DNA from: Candidatus Woesebacteria bacterium | Lineage (GTDB): Bacteria; Patescibacteriota; Microgenomatia; UBA1400; UBA12108 | Direction of reading: 5' to 3' | Assembly: GCA_018060845.1 (NCBI GenBank) | Contig: JAGOVG010000002.1 | Span: 23,581-87,580 of the forward strand | Length of the DNA: 64,000 nucleotides | Shown here: in pieces, positions 10,237 through 19,899 of the stretch | Layout: every line of letters starts with the position of its first letter | How positions within the stretch are numbered: position 1 is the first letter of the stretch | Program-made: the position numbers and the translations under genes | Notes under the pieces: model-generated | The model's database searches: none | Seen by the model: the letters and a program-made list of their open reading frames with translations, nothing else | Told to the model about the DNA's origin: nothing

Positions 10237-11046
10237 ATGAACAATACTATTAATGGGCTAAGCGTCGCCTTAGCTGTCTACAACGAAGAATCTAGTTTGG
10301 CTGAGTGCTTAGATAGTATCAAAGACTTGGCGCATGAAATAATAATAGTCGACGGTAACTCGAGCGACAATACAGTCCAAATCGCTGAAAGTTACGGCGC
10401 CAAGGTCATCCATGAGTCCAATCGCCAAAACTTTCACATTAACAAGCAGTTAGCAATTGACGCCTGTACTGGTGACTGGGTGCTACAGCTAGACGCCGAT
10501 GAACGTGTCAGCTCTATGCTAGCTAATGAAATTAAGCAGGTTATTAGGGACCCAGGTGCCAAAGATGCTTATTATCTAAAGCGGCGCAACTACTTTCTCG
10601 GTCGTTTCATGAATAAAGGAGGAATGTATCCTGATCCAGTCATCCGCTTATTCAAAAAGGGGAAGGCCAAGCTACCTCAAGCTAGCGTACACGAGTTAAT
10701 GGCGGTCGATGGTACTCTAGCCTGGCTTCACAACGACTTGATCCATATCGCGGACCCAACATTTACTCGTTATCTACTCCGTAGTAATAGGTACACCACC
10801 CTAACGTCTCTCGACTACGCGAGAGATAATATTGGTACGAGCACTGTCACTATCCTCAACTATATGCTCCTCAAACCATTTGTCCGTTTTGTAACCATTT
10901 ACTTCCGACACAAAGGTTTCCAGGATGGTTTTCCCGGCTTTGTCTTTGCACTATATTCAGGCCTACATATCGCGAGTTCGTATGTTAAATACTGGGAAAA
11001 AAAGACAACCAACCAATCAACCTCTATGAAACATGATTGGAATTAG
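10237..11046 (+). CDS. GT2 glycosyltransferase, WaaE/KdtX-like
   Basis: LSVALAVYNEESSL, IIIVDGNSSDNT, LQLDADE, YYLKRRNYFLGRFMNKGGMYPDPVIRLFKKG. Confidence 0.75.
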   Translation: MNNTINGLSVALAVYNEESSLAECLDSIKDLAHEIIIVDGNSSDNTVQIAESYGAKVIHESNRQNFHINKQLAIDACTGDWVLQLDADERVSSMLANEIKQVIRDPGAKDAYYLKRRNYFLGRFMNKGGMYPDPVIRLFKKGKAKLPQASVHELMAVDGTLAWLHNDLIHIADPTFTRYLLRSNRYTTLTSLDYARDNIGTSTVTILNYMLLKPFVRFVTIYFRHKGFQDGFPGFVFALYSGLHIASSYVKYWEKKTTNQSTSMKHDWN

Positions 11047-12697
11047 CATGAAAAGACTGCTGCAAAAATATTTTCCTATCCTACTTATTTTAATATCAGG
11101 TCTGTTTTTGACATCGAGCCTGCTTAAGTCAGGTTGGTACCTCTCTCACGATGGTATTTTTCACATCTACCGAACCGAAGAAGCACTCTCCATGCTCAAG
11201 CTTGGACACTTTCCGCTGCGTTGGGCAGGCAACTTTGATCAAGGATTTGGCATACCACTCTTTAGTTTTGTTTATCCACTCCCATACTATATTAGCGCCA
11301 CATTATCAGTAATCTTTGGGACCATGTGGTCACTAAAGATGCTGACTATACTCGCTTACCTCCTAGGCGGCACAGGGATGTATTATCTGCTCTCCGCTTA
11401 TGGCCGGAGTTTTGGTATCTTTGGCGCCCTAATCTTCCTATTAACCCCTTACCAGTTTCTAAATATCTTTGTCCGTGGCACAATCGGAGAGACTCTCGCC
11501 ATTGGTCTCATGCCCTGGGTTTTGTATACCTACCAGCATCTCAAAAAGTCTGGTAATACGCTCGCATGGTACCATCCCATCCCGCTCGCGCTCGTCCTCT
11601 TATCTCACAACTTCCTTGGTATTTTATTCTCAGCTTTCTTGTTGGGTTACATGTTGACTGACAGGTCTTCGATCAAGCGCTCGATTGCAAGTCTCCTATT
11701 ATCACTTAGTCTTAGTGCATTCTTTATCCTGCCAATGATCATTCAAAAAAATCTGCTTTACTCTTTTGAATACAAAGATTTGACTTTCCGTTTTGACCAA
11801 CACTTTGTTACGCTAAAACAGCTCTTATATAGCAAATGGGACTATTGGTATTCGATGCCCGGCGATAACGATGGGATGTCATTCCAGCTAGGGATCGCAC
11901 AGCTCGGGATCGCAGCCGTATCCATACTAGTCATCCTCTGGCGCAGTCGTAGTTTATCTAATATATATCTAGTGATCGCGTATATTGGCACGGTATTTCT
12001 GATGCACAGCAAGAGTTTCTTTATCTGGGACAGCTTACCACTTTTGCAGTCAGTCCAGTTCCCTTGGCGCTTCCTCTTTATGCCACTGATTCTAACCCCG
12101 ATCCTCAGTGTTTCACTACTTAAGCTAATCAAATCAAAGCAACTTCGCTACATTTTAATGTTAATTTTTATATCTGTGGCGTTTGTGAATATCCGCAACT
12201 ATCGCAACCCCCAACAATTCATGGACAACACCACTTACACAGACCTATATCGTTTGTACTACAACAAAACGAGCACTACTTTTAGAACCGAGATACTACC
12301 CAAATGGAGCGTGCCACACGAGAGGTACAAGACAGATGAAGTATTGATTAATTCTGGCAACATGACAATAGATAAGCTAAAGTATGACCCATTATCAATT
12401 ATCATGACTATCAACAACAAACCTGATAGTAGCGAGGGCAGGGTTACAATTCTACGCAACTATTACCCCGGTTGGACTGTGACCATGGATAATTCAAAGA
12501 AAATAAAGATCGAGGCAACTGTCGATGGTATGATAATGCTCAAACCAGAGCTAGGTATTCATGAATATGAGATAGTAATGAAGAGTACAGTCGTTGAGAT
12601 GATTAGCAACGCTCTATCAGGTCTCACTTTAATAACATTAGGATATTTATGGTACAAAAACAAAAAAGCACTGCATTCAAAGGCAAAGTCGAAATAA
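11033..12697 (+). CDS. Large polytopic membrane protein (YfhO/GT-C-like candidate)
   Basis: 554 aa with many TM helices. YLSHDGIFHIYRTEEA loop. Contains an internal QLGIAQLGIAA mini-repeat. Alternative start ATG 11048, just after the upstream stop. Confidence 0.45.
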   Translation: MIGISMKRLLQKYFPILLILISGLFLTSSLLKSGWYLSHDGIFHIYRTEEALSMLKLGHFPLRWAGNFDQGFGIPLFSFVYPLPYYISATLSVIFGTMWSLKMLTILAYLLGGTGMYYLLSAYGRSFGIFGALIFLLTPYQFLNIFVRGTIGETLAIGLMPWVLYTYQHLKKSGNTLAWYHPIPLALVLLSHNFLGILFSAFLLGYMLTDRSSIKRSIASLLLSLSLSAFFILPMIIQKNLLYSFEYKDLTFRFDQHFVTLKQLLYSKWDYWYSMPGDNDGMSFQLGIAQLGIAAVSILVILWRSRSLSNIYLVIAYIGTVFLMHSKSFFIWDSLPLLQSVQFPWRFLFMPLILTPILSVSLLKLIKSKQLRYILMLIFISVAFVNIRNYRNPQQFMDNTTYTDLYRLYYNKTSTTFRTEILPKWSVPHERYKTDEVLINSGNMTIDKLKYDPLSIIMTINNKPDSSEGRVTILRNYYPGWTVTMDNSKKIKIEATVDGMIMLKPELGIHEYEIVMKSTVVEMISNALSGLTLITLGYLWYKNKKALHSKAKSK

Positions 12698-13722
12698 TAG
12701 GCAAGAGTCCCTACGCAGGATCCGGCCCTCGTGGTATCGATGTCTATACGAGGCAGCTTAGTGAGCATCTATCTCGGGATCTCCCTCACGAGTCGCTGAT
12801 CGTGAGTCGTGAAGTAACTAGCAACCTCCCAGTTAACTTAGTACATTACACATTTTTTGACCCATTCTTTTTGACACTTTGGGGTAAGATCCCGAGGAGT
12901 GCTCCGTTTATAGTAACTGTCCACGATCTGATACCTCTACGTTTCCCTGAGCACTTCCCAAGTGGTGTACGCGGCAAAATTAAGTATCTGCTGCAAAAGA
13001 GCGCGCTCAAGCAGGCATCGGGGATCATCACTGACTCTGTTGCCTCAAAAGCCGATATAGTCAAATACGTAGGCTACCCTGAGTCTAGGGTTCATGTCGT
13101 ACCGCTCGCTGCCGGGAGTATTAGCGCTACAGTTGCACTTGGTCGGACTATTGCCAAAGAGTATGATCTGCCAGAACGTTACATATTGTACGTTGGTGAT
13201 ATCAACTGGAATAAGAACATTGTCGGGTTGATCAAAGCTTTTAGTAGTATCGTAGACGACAAAACTCAGCTAGTATTAGTAGGCAAAGCCTTTGCGTCAA
13301 AGTCAAATACTCCAGAATCTATCGCAATCAACGAGGCGATTTCGGCAAGTCCCAAAAAATCTTTGATAAAAATAGTAGGTTTCGTCCCGACTCATCACTT
13401 AAGCGCCATTTATCGCGGTGCCACACTCTATGTCCAGCCGTCTTGGTATGAGGGATTTGGTTTCCCAGTCATCGAAGCGCTGATTCAGGGTGCCCCGGTC
13501 CTTAGTAGTAATCAGGGTAGTCTCCCCGAAGTAGGAGGGGAGAATGTCCATTACTTTGATCCGAATGTCAGTAGCGATCTGTCAGACAAATTGAGCGTAC
13601 TCATCAAGAATGGCAATCTTCGTACCAAATACCGCGACGCGGGTATAAACTGGGCCAAGAAATTTACCTGGAAAAACGTCGCCCACGAGACTATGCTCAT
13701 CTATGAAAAATACTCACGCTAA
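12649..13722 (+). CDS. GT4 family glycosyltransferase
   Basis: EGFGFPVIEALIQGAPVLSSNQGSLPEVGG (GT4 E-x7-E region). ATG 12649 lies 49 nt inside the upstream gene. No ATG exists after the upstream stop, so the start is uncertain. Confidence 0.7.
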   Translation: MVQKQKSTAFKGKVEIIGKSPYAGSGPRGIDVYTRQLSEHLSRDLPHESLIVSREVTSNLPVNLVHYTFFDPFFLTLWGKIPRSAPFIVTVHDLIPLRFPEHFPSGVRGKIKYLLQKSALKQASGIITDSVASKADIVKYVGYPESRVHVVPLAAGSISATVALGRTIAKEYDLPERYILYVGDINWNKNIVGLIKAFSSIVDDKTQLVLVGKAFASKSNTPESIAINEAISASPKKSLIKIVGFVPTHHLSAIYRGATLYVQPSWYEGFGFPVIEALIQGAPVLSSNQGSLPEVGGENVHYFDPNVSSDLSDKLSVLIKNGNLRTKYRDAGINWAKKFTWKNVAHETMLIYEKYSR

Positions 13723-15475
13723 ACTTTCATACTTTCTGCTGTTTATATTCGCTTTGATACCAAGAATGTATGCGCTCGGGACTATTCCAACCGCGCTATC
13801 TCATGACGAAGTTGATGTAATCATACAAGCACATAGCATTAGACTAACCGGTAGAGACTTGTCAGGGAAGTGGTCTCCGTTTACTTTACTCCCCAATGAT
13901 GGTTTGATGGCTGAGCTATCTCCGATTATTAATCTCCCTGCGCTTACCCTCCTACCAAACACACTATTTACAGCACATTTCACGACTGCTCTGCTCGGGA
14001 GTCTATACCCAATACTAATCGTAATATTGCTAACGTCCTGGGGTCTGAACAAAAAAGCTTCCTGGATAAGCGGAGTCTTGCTCGCACTCTCACCTTGGCA
14101 TTTACTCTTTAGTCGGACTACTCTCGAGCAGCCTGCGAGTCTATTTTTCTATACTTTATCATGGATTATTCTCGCAAAAATATTTTCGACAAAAAATAAT
14201 CCAAAAGTGCTGCTACTTTCTACTTTCACCTTTATAACTTTTTACTCGTTAGGCTTCTATACTTACCATGGTTACAAGTTTTCACTCCCACTATTAACAA
14301 TCCTTATTGCTTTTTACAATTACATCAGGTCACTCCGTCATAATAAATTAATAATTCTTACAATTGTTCTGTCTGTTATCGGAGGTCTATATCTTCGCAC
14401 ATATGTAAACATGCGTAGCTACCTAGGGAGACAAAGTGAAATTGTATTTCTTGACCAGTCGCGTTTCTCAAACATCGTAAACCTTGATCGAAGTATAAGC
14501 GTCATGCCAGCAAAAATAAATGAATATTTAGTTAATAAACCACTTGCCATGGCACACCTAACTATTAATAAATACTTATCACTGCTATCGCCTCAACAAA
14601 TGTTTATGAATGGGGAGAAAAATGGCGTGTTCTCAACCGGTCGTACCGGCTACTTATACTTCTTTTTACTCCCATTTGTTTTAATCGGTGCTGTTTGTAT
14701 GGTTATGTCTGGCAAAAAAGAAGAAATATTCATCAGTATACTAATATTTCTTTCTCCAATAGCAACAATTATTCATAAAAACGATTCATTTGCATTTCGG
14801 TCTGGGATCTTTATTGCTTTACTCACCATCACTAGCGCTATTGGAATAGAGTATTTAAATCGGCGCTACCCAAAACTTAGGATTGACGCTGTCGCATTAG
14901 TACTAGCGATATTTAGTTTTACCCATTTTAGCTACACCTATTTTGGATTTTACCCTGTTGAGAGCTCACGTGCCTACTTTTTCGCAGACAGTACTCTCGC
15001 TACCTACTTATCTCACAGAGGTCAAGAAAGAATCTTAGTAATCGACCCACAACCAAGATACATCATGAGTTACCTAGTCTTAACAAATAAGAATGTTACT
15101 CTCGATGCAATTAATCCACTGATCGGGAGGTATAGCGTGAATGAAGAGCAAAACAGCTACGAGGTCGATAATCTAACGATCAGAAGAGATTGTCCATCTG
15201 ATAGTTCTATTGTTTACGATACAGTGATCGCAGATTTTACCCTATTAGACGGTCTGGGGAGTTGTATACCGCTCCACAAACTAAAATCTACTAAGATCCT
15301 CACTCGTAATATTGTAGATCCATTAGATGGAGGGGTGATTAAGAAAATTTATGGAGACCGCATTTGTGGCGACACAGCTGTCGCTAGATACCTCAGTCTA
15401 ACTGGGATTAACACTTTTGCAATTAACAAGATGTCTAAGGTACAATTCTGTTCTAGCTGGATTATTGAAAATTAA
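13703..15475 (+). CDS. Polytopic membrane glycosyltransferase, GT-C fold (PMT/ArnT-like)
   Basis: 590 aa. LSHDEVDVIIQAHSIR loop-1 motif. Multi-TM. Confidence 0.6.
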   Translation: MKNTHAKLSYFLLFIFALIPRMYALGTIPTALSHDEVDVIIQAHSIRLTGRDLSGKWSPFTLLPNDGLMAELSPIINLPALTLLPNTLFTAHFTTALLGSLYPILIVILLTSWGLNKKASWISGVLLALSPWHLLFSRTTLEQPASLFFYTLSWIILAKIFSTKNNPKVLLLSTFTFITFYSLGFYTYHGYKFSLPLLTILIAFYNYIRSLRHNKLIILTIVLSVIGGLYLRTYVNMRSYLGRQSEIVFLDQSRFSNIVNLDRSISVMPAKINEYLVNKPLAMAHLTINKYLSLLSPQQMFMNGEKNGVFSTGRTGYLYFFLLPFVLIGAVCMVMSGKKEEIFISILIFLSPIATIIHKNDSFAFRSGIFIALLTITSAIGIEYLNRRYPKLRIDAVALVLAIFSFTHFSYTYFGFYPVESSRAYFFADSTLATYLSHRGQERILVIDPQPRYIMSYLVLTNKNVTLDAINPLIGRYSVNEEQNSYEVDNLTIRRDCPSDSSIVYDTVIADFTLLDGLGSCIPLHKLKSTKILTRNIVDPLDGGVIKKIYGDRICGDTAVARYLSLTGINTFAINKMSKVQFCSSWIIEN

Positions 15476-15482
15476 TACTTCT

Positions 15483-17291
15483 ATGAATTTCATCAAAAAA
15501 CTAATTACGCCAGTATTCTTACTTTTGATCGCACTCATAATCATCTTTCCTCGTTTTTATCAGCTAGGTGACACTCCACACGGCCTACATATCGATGAGG
15601 TTAGTTTTGCTGCTGACGCCAAGTCACTAGCCGAAACTGGCAAAGATACATGGGGAGTGACTATGCCTAGGGTTTTCAAAGCTTTTGGCGAGTATAAGGC
15701 GCCCGGCCTCACCTATAGTATGGCATTTTGGGCCAAAGTAACTGGCGACATGAACAATTATGTTGCCCGTCTCCCATCAGCGTTCGCCGGTCTAACCATG
15801 ATTGTAATGCTAGTTTTAACACTCAAAACACTTGTTCCCTCTATTAGTCCGATTCTCTTAGCTACTGTTGCTTTCATGCTCGCATATAGTCCTTGGCATT
15901 TTGATATGTCTCGTATTTTTTATGAAGCTTTTAGTGCCACGGCCTGGCTCTCTATCTCTATTTACTTTGCTACTAGACTATTACTACCATCTAAAAAAAG
16001 CTCCAAATATGACTGGCTCCTTATGCTCTCGACTGCCTCTATAGCTGGTTACTATTACGCTTCACTTCGCTACGTCATTATTATTTATGCATTAATCGTA
16101 TCTTATCTGCTAGAGACTAGGTTTAAAGCTATTCTTAAGAGAAGTGTGATAGCACTATTAGTACTCACATTGGTCGGTGTCGGCTGGGTAGGCGACCTAT
16201 TCTCCGATGTTGGCTTAAATAGACTCTACTACTATCAACAAAAAGCCGATTTTGGATCTGCCTTAGAGATCGATGAGAAACGTCAGTTCTGCTATCTAGC
16301 ACTGGATCGTGATTCAGAAGCAACGAGAGGATGCTACTTACTTTGGAATAAGCCTGTCTCGCGGATCACTGGGATCATAGCTACCACCTTGACCTATCTT
16401 GGTACTGATTTTCTGTTTATAAAAGGCGTGAGCGAGTACGGTTTTGATAGCCAGTACGGAGCGTATTTACCTCCACTTGTGCTTATTTACTTGATAGGGC
16501 TGTATTATGCTCTAACGAGCTTTGTACGCTTCATGACATCTCGATTAAAGAAGGAAGATAATTTGCAAATTAATCGAGAAGATAGGGTATTTGTTCTATA
16601 TCTAGGTCTTACACTGCTTTCGCTAGTTCCTGCAGCTGTTGCAATGAATCTAAATATGCGAATGGCAATGGTTAGTTTATATATAATCTCTATTCTAATT
16701 GGATATGGCATATATCAGTTGAACGAATACCTTGTGCGTACAGTCAAACCAACTATTCAAATACTATCTTATTGCTTGCTCGGTGGAGCATTTCTATTTT
16801 ACGCATTTCAATCAACGATCCATTATTGGTTCGTATTTACCAAAAGCAACGACCTTCAATGGACATCAGATGCAGGATCAATATTTCATTATGTTAAGAG
16901 TGTCTCTAATAGTTATGACCGTATTGTCGACACCGAACTACATGGTCCGTTGGCCCCATATTTTTACGGAGATATTACAACAGCTGAGGTTCATCATGGG
17001 GAGTACAGCAAGCCAGATGCAATAGGTTTTACATACCTAATAATGGCAGGTAAATATGAACTTAACCATATCAATATCAAAGATCTTGCATGCGAAGTAG
17101 TTAGTAAAAATGATAAGCGGAGAACTCTCTTAATTACAAATCCATACCCAGAACTCGTTTCTATGCGAAAATATGAATCACGTTCTTGGAATGGAGCACT
17201 CCTGCTTCACGAAGTCTACGATCTTGCAGACGTTATCGCATATATGCAGCGATCCGAGCCAAACTTTATGAGTCGCTGCGGGCCAAAATAA
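15483..17291 (+). CDS. Polytopic membrane glycosyltransferase, GT-C fold (PMT/ArnT-like)
   Basis: About 602 aa from ATG 15483 (MNFIKKLITPVF...). LHIDEVSFAADAKSL motif. Paralog of its neighbours. Confidence 0.6.
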   Translation: MNFIKKLITPVFLLLIALIIIFPRFYQLGDTPHGLHIDEVSFAADAKSLAETGKDTWGVTMPRVFKAFGEYKAPGLTYSMAFWAKVTGDMNNYVARLPSAFAGLTMIVMLVLTLKTLVPSISPILLATVAFMLAYSPWHFDMSRIFYEAFSATAWLSISIYFATRLLLPSKKSSKYDWLLMLSTASIAGYYYASLRYVIIIYALIVSYLLETRFKAILKRSVIALLVLTLVGVGWVGDLFSDVGLNRLYYYQQKADFGSALEIDEKRQFCYLALDRDSEATRGCYLLWNKPVSRITGIIATTLTYLGTDFLFIKGVSEYGFDSQYGAYLPPLVLIYLIGLYYALTSFVRFMTSRLKKEDNLQINREDRVFVLYLGLTLLSLVPAAVAMNLNMRMAMVSLYIISILIGYGIYQLNEYLVRTVKPTIQILSYCLLGGAFLFYAFQSTIHYWFVFTKSNDLQWTSDAGSIFHYVKSVSNSYDRIVDTELHGPLAPYFYGDITTAEVHHGEYSKPDAIGFTYLIMAGKYELNHINIKDLACEVVSKNDKRRTLLITNPYPELVSMRKYESRSWNGALLLHEVYDLADVIAYMQRSEPNFMSRCGPK

Positions 17292-17293
17292 TT

Positions 17294-18919
17294 ATGAAAA
17301 AATATACTCTTGCTCTCATTATTGGTATTGCCGCTCTCTTGCGTTTACCATTCCTCAACTCTCACATGGACACTCTTTATGGCGACGAAGTGGCACTTGG
17401 CTACAACGCCTTTGCGATCCGTGAGACTCTCCGAGATGAGTTTGGGCGTTTTATGCCGCTCCAGTTTGAGTCTTGGGGGGATCAAAAAAATCCAGTGTAT
17501 ATTTATGCAACAGCACTGACTCAGCTAGTAACTGGTCCCACAATGGCGAGTGTTCGCATCCCCTCTGCTATTGTGGGAGTACTCGCAGTCTACCTAACTT
17601 ACCGGCTAGTTATACTCCTTAAGCTGGGTAGTAGCGTGGCATTATTCTCAGCACTCCTCCTCGCTGTGAGTCCGTGGCACATCCATATTAGCCGGGGTGG
17701 GTACGAGGCTAATGTGGCACTCACCTTAGGCCTCGGTAGTGTAGTCCTACTATTCTCCCGACGCTTTGCACTATCTGCACTCCTCCTCGCACTCTCCGCC
17801 TATACCTACTACACCACTAAGATGTTTGCGCCAATCCTCTTACTCTTTGCCTGGGTCTACATGATTGACTGGTCCAAGTACAAAAATAGTATCAAGCCAT
17901 TCGTCAAATACTGGCTACTGTCCTTATTTTTTGTGATCCCAATTATTTATCTCGCGCTCTTTAAAGGTGGGCAAATCCGTTTTCAGAGTATTAACATATT
18001 CGTTGATAAAACTGTAACACCTAGGGTTGAGCGTGCCCGCAACTTCTTTGATAACCCAGAGAGTCTGGGGGCAAAACTCAGCGAGAACAGGTTCACCTAT
18101 CATCTGAGTGACTTTGTCATGTACTACCTAGAGAACTTTTCTGGGCAATTCCTCTTTGTAGGCGGGGATAGTAATGTGCGTTACGGTCTCGCCGGCCATG
18201 GCATGCTCTATTTGCTAGATGCACCACTTATCTTAATGGGTCTGATACTTCTGTATCATAAGAATCGGCGTGTTTGGTACTTCCTCGTAGCCTGGCTGCT
18301 GCTCGCCCCACTCCCAACAGCCCTTGTTGGTCGAGCGTATGGCTTGCGTAGTCTCGCCATGCTTCCAATCCCCCAGATCCTGGCAGCCTACGCCCTCACG
18401 TCTTGGGTAACAAACATAAAAAAATCCAAATTTACATTGTTGCTTTTTTCATTGTTCGTTATTCTCTATACCTTCTCCGTAGTCAATTGGCTCCATCGTT
18501 ACGTCTATCAATATCCCGCCTACGGGCGATACTGGTACGATGCCCCTATGCAAGATGCAGTAACTTATGCCAAAGAACGAGAGGATAAATATGATCAGAT
18601 CATTATCAGTCAGAGCTACGGCGAGGTCTCGATGTATTATGCATTCCTAAACAAGGTTCATCCCGACGTCTATAGGGCAGCCAAAGCCAACAAAGTCACA
18701 GTCGACGGCGTACCAATGGTCAAGCTTGGCAAATACTACTTTGGCGACATCAGGCCACGTGGACCGATTGAGAAGATGGATATCCCATACAATACTCTGA
18801 TCCTAGTCCAGCCATATTTTGAATACGGCGAAGGCACAATTATAGCTCGTGATGACGGCCGCCCTATTTATCGAGTCTTTGAGTTTCCAACAGTCCACAT
18901 GAAAGCTAAAGACCAATGA
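17294..18919 (+). CDS. Polytopic membrane glycosyltransferase, GT-C fold (PMT/ArnT-like)
   Basis: ATG 17294 (MKKYTLALIIG...). GDEVALGYNAFAIRE motif. Multi-TM. Confidence 0.6.
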   Translation: MKKYTLALIIGIAALLRLPFLNSHMDTLYGDEVALGYNAFAIRETLRDEFGRFMPLQFESWGDQKNPVYIYATALTQLVTGPTMASVRIPSAIVGVLAVYLTYRLVILLKLGSSVALFSALLLAVSPWHIHISRGGYEANVALTLGLGSVVLLFSRRFALSALLLALSAYTYYTTKMFAPILLLFAWVYMIDWSKYKNSIKPFVKYWLLSLFFVIPIIYLALFKGGQIRFQSINIFVDKTVTPRVERARNFFDNPESLGAKLSENRFTYHLSDFVMYYLENFSGQFLFVGGDSNVRYGLAGHGMLYLLDAPLILMGLILLYHKNRRVWYFLVAWLLLAPLPTALVGRAYGLRSLAMLPIPQILAAYALTSWVTNIKKSKFTLLLFSLFVILYTFSVVNWLHRYVYQYPAYGRYWYDAPMQDAVTYAKEREDKYDQIIISQSYGEVSMYYAFLNKVHPDVYRAAKANKVTVDGVPMVKLGKYYFGDIRPRGPIEKMDIPYNTLILVQPYFEYGEGTIIARDDGRPIYRVFEFPTVHMKAKDQ

Positions 18920-19572
18920 AGCTATACGTTGTTGTGCCAGCATATAACGAATCAAGATTTATTGGCGCCTTCTTAGATAAATTATCCAAGAAAACTAAAA
19001 ACATTATTGTAGTAGACGACGGAAGTCGCGATCGCACAACTGACATCGTCAAATCTAAGGGGATCAAAGTGCTTACGCATATCACCAACCTGGGCAAGGG
19101 TGCTGCTTTAAAAACAGGTTGCGAGTACGCGTTTAATAGACTCGGCGCTGATGGAGTTATTATTATGGATGGAGATGATCAACACGACGTCTCAGATATC
19201 TCACAGTTTGCCAATGCACTAAGTAGAGGCGCACACATAGTTCTAGGAGTTAGAGCAATGGATAGCAGGATGCCGCTGACCCGGTTACTTGGCAACAGAT
19301 TTACTTCTGTTCTGATAAACGTTCTTTTCGGTCGCTATATCTCTGATGTCCCGAGCGGCTTCAAGGCTATGACAAAGAGTGCATACAAAAAGCTCTTATG
19401 GCACAGTAGTGGGTACGAGGTCGAGACCGAAATCGCAGTTAGGCTCGCAAAAAGTAAGATTAATTATGTAGAGATACCTATCAATACTATCTATCATGGC
19501 AAAGAGTACGGATTTAACTTGATCGACGCTGCCCGTATTATAATAAAGATACCTTACTGGATATGGAGCTAA
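18916..19572 (+). CDS. GT2 polyprenol-phosphate sugar synthase-like (Dpm1/GtrB-like) glycosyltransferase
   Basis: 218 aa. VVPAYNESRFI, VVDDGSRDRT, DGDDQHD. A short soluble GT2 typical of dolichyl/undecaprenyl-phosphate mannose/glucose synthases. ATGA overlap. Confidence 0.6.
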   Translation: MKLYVVVPAYNESRFIGAFLDKLSKKTKNIIVVDDGSRDRTTDIVKSKGIKVLTHITNLGKGAALKTGCEYAFNRLGADGVIIMDGDDQHDVSDISQFANALSRGAHIVLGVRAMDSRMPLTRLLGNRFTSVLINVLFGRYISDVPSGFKAMTKSAYKKLLWHSSGYEVETEIAVRLAKSKINYVEIPINTIYHGKEYGFNLIDAARIIIKIPYWIWS

Positions 19573-19898
19573 ACACTATGATTGGTATACAAATGTTCTC
19601 GATCGTATTTATCTTCATCATGTTATATGTCGTACGTATCCACTACAAAAAACAAGAATTGCCACGCGTAGAAGCTATGTTTTGGAGCATAGTCCTCCTA
19701 TCTCTAGCTACGATCGTAATAGTCCCTGGTAGTGCTGATGCAGTTAGAAACCTTTTTCAAGTATCGCGATTACTAGATGTAATCATGATAATAGCCTTTA
19801 TGGGAACATTTATATTCTTAATCGAGAATCGAATCCAGATAAGCAAACTCCGCTCCAAACTAGAGCTGTTGACTAGAGAGAAAGCCATGAAAGAGTAG
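19563..19898 (+). CDS. Small two-TM membrane protein with C-terminal coiled-coil tail (DUF2304-like), partner of the preceding GT2
   Basis: 111 aa, two hydrophobic helices, then charged KLRSKLELLTREKAMKE. This family commonly follows polyprenol-P GT2 genes. Alternative start ATG 19578, preceded by GGAG. Confidence 0.45.
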   Translation: MELNTMIGIQMFSIVFIFIMLYVVRIHYKKQELPRVEAMFWSIVLLSLATIVIVPGSADAVRNLFQVSRLLDVIMIIAFMGTFIFLIENRIQISKLRSKLELLTREKAMKE

Positions 19899-19899
19899 T

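Noticed and set aside
11885-11914. Short in-frame tandem repeat CAGCTAGGGATCGCA/CAGCTCGGGATCGCA (QLGIA-QLGIA) inside the 11033 gene
   Set aside because: It is only two copies within a TM segment, so a trivial local duplication is likely, with no regulatory implication.
12649-12697. Possible programmed frameshift or gene fusion at the 49-nt overlap between the 11033 membrane protein and the 12649 GT4 gene
   Set aside because: Both frames have their own ATG and stop, and the GT4 frame has no alternative downstream ATG. A long overlap is the simpler reading. A sequencing indel cannot be excluded but is not indicated.
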